Part shown: piece by piece, positions 54,290 through 64,000 of the stretch
Layout of the letters: the number at the start of each line of letters is the position of its first letter
Position numbering within the stretch: the stretch's first letter is position 1
Origin: Eledone cirrhosa
Lineage: Eukaryota
Assembly (NCBI GenBank): GCA_964016885.1
Contig: OZ024742.1
Span: 217,062,001-217,126,000 of the forward strand
Reading direction: 5' to 3'
Length of the DNA: 64,000 nucleotides
Position numbers and translations under genes: made by a program
Notes under the pieces: model-generated
Databases searched by the model: none
Told to the model about the DNA's origin: nothing
Seen by the model: only the letters and a program-made list of their open reading frames with translations

Positions 54290-55469
54290 TATGGTTTCGC
54301 TTTGTACTTAGGCAAGGTGAGTTTTCTGTATTACTACGTAGCGCCAAAGATCTCGGTCCAGTGACATTGTCTTAGAGAGGTGTAAGTGTGTAAGGTCGGA
54401 ATTTATCAAATTGTCCCAGGTTTTTCTGGGTCTGCCTACTCCGGAACTTCCGTCAATTTTGATCGCCCAGCATCTGATCCCTCTTATTCCTAATTTCTCA
54501 CTATTCCTAATTTCTCACAAGTAAACAACATCTGATCCCTCTTATTTCTAATTTTTTCCTTAGTTCATTTATGCTTTGCCGTTCACGTATATTACTATTA
54601 CACATCCAGCGGAGCATGCAAGCTTCGTTCCTCTCCGGCCTGCGCTGATCCTCTGCACACAATGCCCATGTCTCACTACCATGTAACATAGCTGTTCGTA
54701 TGCAGGCATCATACAGTCTGCTTTCATTTTTAGAGAGAAACCTTTAGCGACCAATAGTGGTATAAGCTCTCTGAACTTTTTCCATCCCGTTCTGACTCTG
54801 GCTACTGTACTTTCTGAGTACCCTCCTCCACTGCTGATTTTGTCACCCAGGTAACGGAAGGTGTCCACTATTTCTATAGAGCCATCTGGGCAACAGAAGG
54901 AGCTAGTATCCTGTGGGCACTTGCTACTTATTGCACCTGAGCACCTGCCACATATAAAATCTACGTTCTTAGATAGCTTACCTGTGATCCCACTACATAT
55001 TTTATGCACCCATACTTTGCATTTGGGACATAAAATGGAATTTCTGCCTACTCCTTTCCTACACACTGAGCATGGTTATTTCCCAGAGGGGACCTGTGCC
55101 CTATTTTCCTTCCTACATACTAGAACTTTAGTCTTAGACAAGTTAACTATAAGGCCTTTTGATTCTAGGCCATGCTTCCATGTTTGGAATTTCTTCTCTA
55201 GTTCAGCCATCGATTCAGCTATGCGCGTTAGATCATCTACATAGAGAAGTTCCCATGGGCAGCCGGTCTTGAACTCCTCTGTTATAGCCTGAAGGGCAAT
55301 AATAAATAGGAGGGGGCTAAGGACAGAGCCCTGATGAACACCAACTTTTACGCTAAATTCTTCACTATATTCGTTGTTAATTCTAAATTTGCTGACTGTT
55401 TGTTTATATATGGCTTGTATAGCTCTCACAAGCCATTGATCAACCCCTAGTTTTCTAAGGGCCCACCAG

Positions 55470-55471
<2 letters not shown>
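54290..55471 (-). mobile_element. RTE-clade LINE 3' portion with a PHD-like finger after the RT core
   Basis: VGVHQGSVLSPLLF, LLYVDD, CSVCRKGVGRNSILCPKCKVWVHKICSG...CGRC, FRYLGD, MLHGSETW. Confidence 0.88.
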
Positions 55472-55510
<39 letters not shown>

Positions 55511-55514
<4 letters not shown>

Positions 55515-56395
55515 ACTAGAAATTGATTAACATATAAATAAACATGAATAATCACAGGAGATAATTTTTACAAGTGTGTAACCATACATAGCTAGGTAGG
55601 TAACTAAATAAAGTTGACCAAAACTTCAAAAATAGATACCTTATAATATGATTAATCTTCCCTGTATATATTCCATTAAAGAAATATATTTCACCAATTA
55701 ATCGGATGGTAAACCACGGAAGTGGATACTTGGATTTTCAACAAGGAAGAAGTTCCAGCGATCCGTGTTTACACTTCAAGTTCAAATCAGCGACTGGCCA
55801 GCAACACGTGCTATACCTACTAGAAATACACACATCATACTAGCTTCGTCCCAGTGGCGTGAATAGGGTTATCGACAACTAGAAACAGCAGTCGCGTCCT
55901 TTCAACAGAGTTAGCTCTACAATTAAGGAGCCGTATTTATATATCTATATCCAAAATTAAGATAAATCAAATGAATTTAATCTAAATCAAAATTATGGGT
56001 GTCATGCCAGAAAGACATGCGCCATATCACCCGCAAACTAAGCTCTAAGATTTTAACTAGAAATTGATTAACATATAAATAAACATGAATAATCACAGGA
56101 GATAATTTTTACAAGTGTGTAACCACACATAGCTAAATAAAGTTGACCAAAACTTTATTTAGTTACCTACCTAGCTATGTGTGGTTACACACTTGTAAAA
56201 ATTATCTCCTGTGATTATTCATGTTTATTTATATGTTAATCAATTTCTAGTTATTATAAAATGCTCGGACCTACTCGTTAAAATCTTAGAGCTTAGTTTG
56301 CGGGTGATATGGTGCATGTCTTTCTGGCATGACACCCATAATTTTGATTTAGATTAAATTCATTTGATTTATCTTAATTTTGGATATAGATATAT
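55511..56395. repeat. (TA)n-flanked element with a direct terminal repeat and a fold-back inverted arm
   Basis: 55513-55625 repeated at 56054-56153; 56150-56395 is the reverse complement of 55938-56143. Confidence 0.8.
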
Positions 56396-56622
56396 ATATA
56401 ATAGTTAAAGTATCGTAGGAGAGGATGAAGCGGAGAGATACAAAGAGGTATGATACAGAATATAAATGCCAATAGCCGAAGCGTAGTGTGGTCGATGCTT
56501 GGGTTAGCAGGGTTAAATATTAGAGGAGGTTAATATTGTGTGTAAGGTTTAAGCAGAGCTGGAATAAGCAAATGAATGAGTGAATGAAGGAGTTACAATC
56601 CGTTAAAACATTTCTTTATATA

Positions 56623-56662
56623 GCTCTTACACGTGTTTCGCCCAAAAGGGCTCCTCGGAGGC
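56623..56662 (-). ncRNA. Hammerhead-like motif in a ~280-bp (TA)n-flanked piece (56404-56686)
   Basis: GCCT-CCGAGGA-GCCC-TTTT-GGGC-GAAA-CACGTG-TA-AGAGC; core has U4 to C and stem I is imperfect. Confidence 0.65.
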
Positions 56663-56690
56663 GGAAGTTCCAATGGCTAGGTCCTATGTA

Positions 56691-56757
<67 letters not shown>

Positions 56758-57337
56758 GTATAGAAATTATTGTGAGCGTGAAGCCAACAGTATTTCATAA
56801 TATATAAGTGACTATAACGTCAAAATGGAAAAATAATTAACGTAAGATGTGGGAAAATAATTCAAACTCAATTAAAAAAAAATCAAGACATAGATTTATC
56901 CACAATATTTTGTGAAATCCAGGGGAAAATCAATAGAGCCTTAACTCTGAATAAAATAAAGTTGGAAAAACTACAAATGCTCTATATAGTCTTAAAAAGA
57001 CTATTTCACGAAACTTTCAGTGGGGATGGTCACGGTTGGAGTCGTTCATCAGTAGAGCTCAAACATGATAACCCTAGTACCACTGTTAGAAATTGCCAAA
57101 ATACATGTATACATACATGCATACATTCACACGCGACAGCAACATGTACATAAATAGAAACATGCAAATGGAATTACAAATCTATGAACATGCATATACA
57201 TACAGACATACACTTATATACACAAACGTACATACATATTCAAACAAAACACATGTACTGTAATACAGTATATGTTGGCACATGCACACACACACACACC
57301 TATTTACGTATGTTGCACATACACATATGTTCACAAT

Positions 57338-57510
57338 TAATTGTTTCTACATTTGGCACAAGGCCAGCAATTACCCAGTACATTACTGGAACTTTATTTT
57401 ATCGACCCCGTAAGGATGAAAGGCAAAGTTAACCTCGGCAGGATTTGAACTCAGATCGTAAGGGGATGTAACTATGCTGGAAAGCATGGCCGACCCTCTA
57501 CCGATACTCC
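57338..57510 (-). mobile_element. tRNA-derived SINE
   Basis: SINE consensus. Confidence 0.9.
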
Positions 57511-57569
57511 AAAGACACTGAGATTGACATAAGAGGTTGTGTGGAGATGTACAAGAGAAAAAGTAATGA

Positions 57570-57632
57570 AGTATGTGTGTGTGTCCGCGCGTGTGTGAAT
57601 TATGTGTGTGTCTGAATTGTGAGTGTGAGAGA

Positions 57633-57716
<84 letters not shown>

Positions 57717-58510
57717 ACGTCTGTGTGAATTATGTGTGTGTCGGAATTGTGTATGTGAGAGAGAGAAAAAGAGAGTGTGTACGTGTGAACGTCTGTGAAA
57801 ATTATGTGTGTCTGAATTGTGTGCGTGAGAGTGCGTATGTGTGTGTGTGTCTCGATTGTGCGTGTGTGTGAGAGAGAGAAAGAGTATGTGTGTGTGCGTT
57901 TGTACATCTGTGTGAATTATGTGTGTCTGAATTTTGAGTGTGAGAATGTGAAAGTGTGTGAGAGAGAGTGAGAGTGTGCTTGTGTGTGTGTGTGTGTGTG
58001 TGTATGTGTGTGTATGTGTATGTGTATTTGTGTATTAGTGTCTGTATGCGTGTGAGAGATAGAGAGTGTGTGTGTGTGTGTATGTGTGTGTGTATGTGTG
58101 TGTATGTGTGCATGTGTCTGTATACGTGTGAGAGAGGGAGAGAGAGAGAGTGTGTGTATGTGTGTGTGTGTATGTGTGTGTATGTGTATGTGTATTTGTG
58201 TATTAGTGTCTGTATACGTGTGAGAGATAGAGAGTGTGTGTGTGTGTATGTGTATGTGTGCATTTGTCTGTATACGTGTGAGAGAGAGAGAGAGTGTGTG
58301 TATGTGTGTGTGTATGTGTGTGTATGTGTATGTGTATTTGTGTATTAGTGTCTGTATGCGTGTGAGAGATAGAGAGTGTGTGTGTGTGTTTATGTGTGTG
58401 TGTATGTGTATGTGTGCATATGTCTGTATACGTGTGAGAGAGAGAGAGTGTGTGTATGTGTGTGTATGTGTATGTGTGTTTGTGTGTTAGTGTCTGTATA
58501 CGTGTTAGAT
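57570..58510. repeat. (TG)n-derived compound minisatellite
   Basis: Recurring GTGAATTATGTGTGTCTGAATT and TGTATTAGTGTCTGTATGCGTGTGAGAGATAGAGAG units. Confidence 0.9.
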
Positions 58511-58832
58511 GAATGGAAGTGGAGGATAGAAAAATGTAGAGATGATCAAGATGTTCAATAGAGAACAATGAAAATATAATTATTCTAATTGTGTTCAGAA
58601 AAGCAAGACATTGAATCTAAGACTGCCACATACTTTCACTTCCGCTCTCGCATACATACCTCCATTCTATTCACACTTTCTCTCTCTCCCCCTCTCTCTC
58701 TCTCTCTCTCTCTTTCTCTCCCTGTCTTTCTTTCTCCTTTTTTCTTCTTTTCTCGCCTTCTCTCTCACTCTCCCTTTTTCTCCCACTCTTTCTGATAAGT
58801 TCTCTTTTTCTCCCTCCTTTTTTCTCTCTCTT

Positions 58833-58871
<39 letters not shown>

Positions 58872-58896
58872 CACATACACACATATTTATATATAC

Positions 58897-58940
<44 letters not shown>

Positions 58941-59335
58941 GGGAGAGAGAGAAATGCATGCATATATATATACATATATATATATATAATGTAGGAGGTG
59001 AGTTTTATTGTAGCACAATAAAGCAATTCCTTACCTTTTCCTAACCCCCACCCCCACCCCTAATTTTTTCACAATCTCATATATCCATCTTAATTTATTT
59101 TTCATATGTTGATTTAAAGCTTCACTGCTCACAAGTGTTTTTTTAAACTTCATATCATGTCTCGCTATTTTATTTGATGAGAACGCAGATATCATCCCAT
59201 GATAATATTTGATTTTGAAATGCGCATAATAAAATACTTGGAACTCTTTTAACCATCTTTTGATCTTATATTATATATATATATATATTACTTCAAAATA
59301 TTAATAAATATAGACATTCATGTGATCAAATATTT

Positions 59336-59403
59336 TTTTATTATACATATTTCAGAGGTATTTCGTCAGAGCTATTTCGTCAGTACGTCCTCATCAGATA
59401 AAA
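59336..59403 (-). ncRNA. Type I hammerhead ribozyme motif
   Basis: TTTTAT-CTGATGA-GGACGTA...TACCTCT-GAAA-TATGTA-TA-ATAAAA. Confidence 0.75.
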
Positions 59404-59457
59404 TAAATTGATGTCTGACATACCTCAACTGTGTTGATGGTTCAATTCCAGTCTTGG

Positions 59458-59531
<74 letters not shown>

Positions 59532-59533
<2 letters not shown>

Positions 59534-61575
59534 GAGGAGGTTATAGTTCACTTGAAGCATTGTGTAATGAGGTATAAACGTTTGAATATGTATAATAAAG
59601 CCAAAACAATGCAGGTATGGACATAGAAAAAAGAATGCAATTGCAAAAGATATTGTTGACAATTCATCTTTTACCTTAGATTTATTTAAATGTCCTTAAT
59701 TTTCGAGATAATATCTCTTCTTCAGAGGGAAATAAAGGTCTCAAACCAGCGTTCTAAATATCTTGCCAAGCCATGCTGGCAGGAAATAGTATAGAGTATC
59801 TGTTCTATCTCTAATGTCAAAGAGTTAAAATTAGGTGGATAAAGAGTAGTCTCCCTTTATAAGGGGTTTGTTTAGGGGTTTTTTTTTAATATATACATGC
59901 CTGTTTAAGTGTGTGGGAGAATGCATGAAGGTGTAAGTATGTGAGTGTGTGTGTATGAGTGTGAGAAGATAAGTCTATTCGTAAATGTGGGGGATAGGTG
60001 TTATCTGGTGTTAGAACTGGTTTTGTGTGTGTATGTGTGAGAGAGAATAAGTGGAGGTGTAAGCGTGTGTGTGTGCGCGTGCGTGTGTGTGGGGGGGGGG
60101 GTGTAAATATGGGGCTAGAAGCCCTATCAGGTTATAAATTGGGTGTTGAGTTCTATTCTATTATTGATTGGTGGTTGTGTTTTATCTATAATTAGTGCTT
60201 CCTTAATTCTAAGATTGCCGAGGTTTCTTTCCTTAGTTTCTATCCTAACTGTTATGGTTTTGTCGGTGTTTTTGCATTTAACTAGGTGTTTCTTAAATGA
60301 GGAAGCGTTAGTATTGAGGTGTTCTTTTATTCTTATGTGGAGTGGTCTGGTGGTGCTACCTACGTAGAAGTTGTTGCATTTGTCACACTCTAGTCTGTAT
60401 ACGACGTAAGCCTGGTGGCATAGGTCTGTGTCGTTGATGGGGCAGTTGGCTAGTCTGCAGCAGTTGTCATGTCTGGTGGAATGTCTTTTGGTTAGCTGTC
60501 CGCGTAGAGAAGGACCTGAGTGGGCCAGTTGGATATCTAGTCCCTCTCGTCTGATGGCGCTGCGGGTGGCTGTTGTTGTTTCTTCACTGAAGTGTGGGAG
60601 CTTCAGGAAGCAAGTGTTAGTGCCTCGGGTGTGGTGTCCTCTGTTCTTTCTGGCACGGTTTGTGGTGGATGTCGTGTATCCGTTCAGTTTGAGTACTTCC
60701 AGGAAATGTGTGGTGTGTGTGTCTCGGTCTCTAGCGTCGGTGCATTTGTTCCGGATACGTGCCAGTTCGTTCCTTATGTATCCGAACTTGGCACCGAGTG
60801 GGAGGGCCGATCTGAAATGTACGAACAGGTCCCTGCTGGCGGCTTTTTTATAGAAGCAGGTGTGGATGTTGCCTTCCTCTGTTACCCTGAGTTGGAAGTC
60901 CAGTAGGGATAGGGATCCGCGGTCATCGGGGTGTTCCATGCTGAACTTTATTCTGGCGTCCATGCTGGAGAATGTTGTGTATATTTTATCTGCCTCCTCA
61001 CGGGATGATGTAAGGATGAGTATGTCATCTACATATCGGGTGAAGAAGGCATGGGAATGGCAGGTGTTGAGGGCTCGGCATTCTAGCTGGTTCATGTAGG
61101 TGATGGCCAGCAGGCCCGATAGGCTGGATCCCATGGGTAATCCTGTTGTCTGTCTGTATGTGTGGTGGTGGAAGGTGAAGTACGTGTTGTCTACTGTGAA
61201 GGACAAAAGCTGGTGTATGTCCGTCGGGTGGAGGCCGTAGCATTGGATGTCCTCTGCAACCACGCAGTCCGTCAATAAATCGACAGCTGGGTGAGCGGGG
61301 ACTGCAGTGTAGAGGGAGACAACGTCGAGGCTAAAAGCGTATTTATTTAGTTTAAGTTGTTCTGGCTGGAGTTGGTGTAGTCTACGTATAACTTCGTCGG
61401 AGCTACTGACATGCTCGGGAAAGGTGGAGAGTAGAGGCTTGAGGACCTGGGAGAGGAGCCAGGAAATTTTGTATAGGGGTCCTTCTATGCTAGAGACGAT
61501 GGGTCTTATTTGCGTCTTAGTACTATTCTTGTGGGTCTTGATGAGGTGGTAGAAAGTGGGCAGTCTGCTATTTCT
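59532..61575 (-). mobile_element. Penelope-like element, 5'-truncated, 3' end at (TA)n, HHR at 59694-59728
   Basis: Continuous RT-GIY-YIG frame; CCT-CTGAAGA-A-GAGAT-ATT-ATCTC-GAAAATTA-AGG. Confidence 0.92.
60127..61572 (-). CDS. PLE RT plus GIY-YIG ORF (open from the junction to the stop codon)
   Basis: LPTFYHLIKTHK, IRPIVS, FSLDVVSLY, GLPMGS, RYVDD, VVYRLECDKC..FYVGSTTRPLHIRIKEH. Confidence 0.9.
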   Translation of the reverse strand, partial: NSRLPTFYHLIKTHKNSTKTQIRPIVSSIEGPLYKISWLLSQVLKPLLSTFPEHVSSSDEVIRRLHQLQPEQLKLNKYAFSLDVVSLYTAVPAHPAVDLLTDCVVAEDIQCYGLHPTDIHQLLSFTVDNTYFTFHHHTYRQTTGLPMGSSLSGLLAITYMNQLECRALNTCHSHAFFTRYVDDILILTSSREEADKIYTTFSSMDARIKFSMEHPDDRGSLSLLDFQLRVTEEGNIHTCFYKKAASRDLFVHFRSALPLGAKFGYIRNELARIRNKCTDARDRDTHTTHFLEVLKLNGYTTSTTNRARKNRGHHTRGTNTCFLKLPHFSEETTTATRSAIRREGLDIQLAHSGPSLRGQLTKRHSTRHDNCCRLANCPINDTDLCHQAYVVYRLECDKCNNFYVGSTTRPLHIRIKEHLNTNASSFKKHLVKCKNTDKTITVRIETKERNLGNLRIKEALIIDKTQPPINNRIELNTQFIT

Positions 61576-64000
61576 AATGCATTCAAAATGTGCTGCATAT
61601 CACTCTCTGTGTGCGCTACAAGATCGCAATCATCTGCATACAAGAGGTCTCTTATGATTGATGTAAATACTTTTGTCTTCGCAGCAAAGCGCCTGATGTT
61701 AAATATGCTGCCTGAGGTTCGATATCGGATGTAAACACCATGCTCGCAATTCCTGAATGCAATACAGAAAACCATTGCAAAGTATATGGCAAACAGGGTC
61801 GGTGCTGGAATATCCCCCTGTTTCACTCCATTTTTTACTGAGATAGGCTCCGACATGTTACCTCCGACATTAACCCAAGCCTTCATGTCGTCATGGAAAG
61901 ACCTAACTAAAGCAAGGAACTTATCAGGGCAACCAAGTTTCTGGAGAATCTTCCATAATGCATCTCTGTTGACAGTATCGAAAGCCTTTGTCAGATCGAC
62001 AAAAACCTGATACAGATCCAAGCCTTGTTCAATGCACTTCTCCTGGAGCTGTCTAGCTGAGAAGATCATATCAGTAGTGCCGCGTCCAGCACGAAAACCA
62101 GATTGACTTTCAGGAAGAACACAATCTGCAATGTGTGTCAGCAGACGGTCCAGAAGCACCCTACATAAAACTTTCCCTACGACAGAAAGCAATGATATAC
62201 CTCTGTAGTTCCCACAATCATTCCTGTTATCCTTTCCCTTGTACAAGACCACCATTACTGCATCTCTCCAGTCCTCAGGTACGGATTCATTAGCCCATAT
62301 CCTTCCAAACAAAGAGTGAAGATGTTGCAGGAGTCTCTCACCACCATATTGTAGGAGCTCAGCATGTATGCCATCCATACCTGGAGATCTTCCACTGTTC
62401 AGCTTCGAAATAGCCACTGCAACCTCCACAAGCGTCGGAGGTTCTGCGAGAGCTACTTTCACAGGACTTTCTGGAATGAGATTGAGGAAATCTTCACTGA
62501 CGACAGACGGCTGATTCAAAAGATCATCAAAGTGCTCTCGCCACCTTCGTAGAATTCCCTGTGAGTATAGATTCCCGTAGAATTCCCTGCGAAGAAGTTC
62601 TTTGCCATCCTTGCTGCGAAGCGGTGTCACCAGAGAAGAAGACGGTCCATAAACCTCACGCAAGAGACTGTACAACAGCTTTGTGTTATTGGAATCAGAC
62701 GCAGTTTGTATCTCACCAGCCTTCTCACTCCACCACTGATCCTTCATCTGAGAAAGACTCCGCCTAACACGTGATTTTACATCCCTGAGCTCCTCATGCA
62801 ACGTATTCCTCTCCTGTGGTTTTGCCGTCAAGTAGCGTGACAGAGCACGCCTCTTATCAGCCAACAAGTCTTCTATATGTACATCATTCTCATTAAACCA
62901 GTCCTGATGTTTTCTCTGCACCAATCCCAGAACACGCCTGCCTACATCATAAACCGGCTTTTTAAGGGTCGGCCAATCCTCACCAAGATCTGCAGCCTGC
63001 ATCTCTTCTTCCAATGTCCTCTTCACATTTTTATCCTTAAGACGAGCAGCATTCAATCTTTTGGGCAGGGTAACACCAGGAGCCCGGATTTTACGTTTGG
63101 TGATTAGTTTCACTTTTGCGCGTACCAGGCGGTGGTCCGTCCAGCACTCAGCTCCACGAAGAACACGAACACACTGCACATCCTGTCTGTCACGCATCCT
63201 GACTAGGACGTAGTCCAAAAGATGCCATTCCTTAGATGCAGGATGCATCCATGTGGTCTTGAATTTGTTCTTTTGTTGGAACATGGTGTTGGTAACACAC
63301 AGATCCAGCTCCTCACACATCTGCAGCAGGAGCATACCATTGCTGTTACACTCCCCCCCCCCCCCCCCCATGCCTTCCGATTACATTCCATGTGTTAAAA
63401 TCCCTACCCACTCTAGCATTAAAGTCACCAAGCACGATGACTTTGTCTGCCTGAGGGATATTTCTTAGAACACCTTTCAAGGCATGGTAAAAGGACAGTT
63501 TTTCTTCATCGACAGAATTCATAGTTGGAGCATACACACTCACCAGGGTAGCATATCTTACTTTGTCCAGCGGAACTCTCATGGACATAAGACGCTCACT
63601 AATCCCTACTGGGAATTCTTCTAATTTATTCACAAGTACAGTCTTAACAGCAAATCCTACCCCAGCCTCTCTTCTGGTTCCTTCATCTCTTCCTTTCCAG
63701 AAGAATGTATATTCTCCACAAAATTCCGTAAGATGACCATCTCCAGCTAACCTCGTCTCAGATAAAGCCACGATGTCAAGATCGTAACGTCGAAGCTCCT
63801 TTGCAACAAGAGCGGTCCTTCGTTCAGGTCGCTCCAAGGAATCCCTGTCAAGCAGCGTCCGTACGTTCCAGCAGCCAAGACTAAATGCCCTGTTTGGCTC
63901 TATTACAATGGCACGATGACGAGCGGGCCCAGGCTGTGATAACTTGGGGCCCCTGTCCTTATTGCCAATGATCTTTTTTGTTCCAGAACCTGAATTGCCA
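61576..64000 (-). mobile_element. RTE (BovB-like) LINE: APE endonuclease plus RT up to just past YADD; continues beyond the window
   Basis: CWNVRTL, ALSETR, SVYAPT, GDFNARVG, WTDH, NYRGISLLS, FVDLTKAFD, GVKQG, LLYADD; frameshift at a poly-G run ~63352-63369. Confidence 0.93.

Noticed and set aside
54860-55075. PHD finger as a captured host domain
   Set aside because: A PHD-like insertion at this position is a known feature of some RTE-clade LINEs
63346-63375. Programmed frameshift between RTE APE and RT
   Set aside because: A poly-G run replaces the usual G-x-G-x-C-N motif; homopolymer expansion or sequencing error is more likely

Overview
AT-rich eukaryotic DNA made almost entirely of repeats. 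The SINE family, LINE content and dense (TA)n/(CA)n/(TACA)n microsatellites suggest an octopod cephalopod; this is an inference. No host gene is confidently identifiable, and most ORFs in the track are microsatellite or minisatellite artefacts. The window holds several families of Penelope-like elements (PLEs; RT plus GIY-YIG) and many PLE 3'-end pieces anchored in (TA)n tracts. About 9-10 different sequence families carry type I hammerhead-ribozyme (HHR) motifs. It also holds an R4/Dong-like LINE cluster anchored in (TACA)n, RTE, CR1 and CRE LINE fragments, about 14 tRNA-derived SINEs, two DNA-transposon MITEs and two minisatellites. Most notable: (1) a non-coding ~467-bp HHR unit in tandem and inverted copies (retrozyme-like, 49.7-51.4 kb); (2) an in-frame TGA at a zinc-finger Cys position in a Naiad-like PLE (possible selenocysteine); (3) recurrent fold-back ends, some formed on native hairpins; (4) junctions joining different retroelement families. 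All folds and alignments were done by eye.
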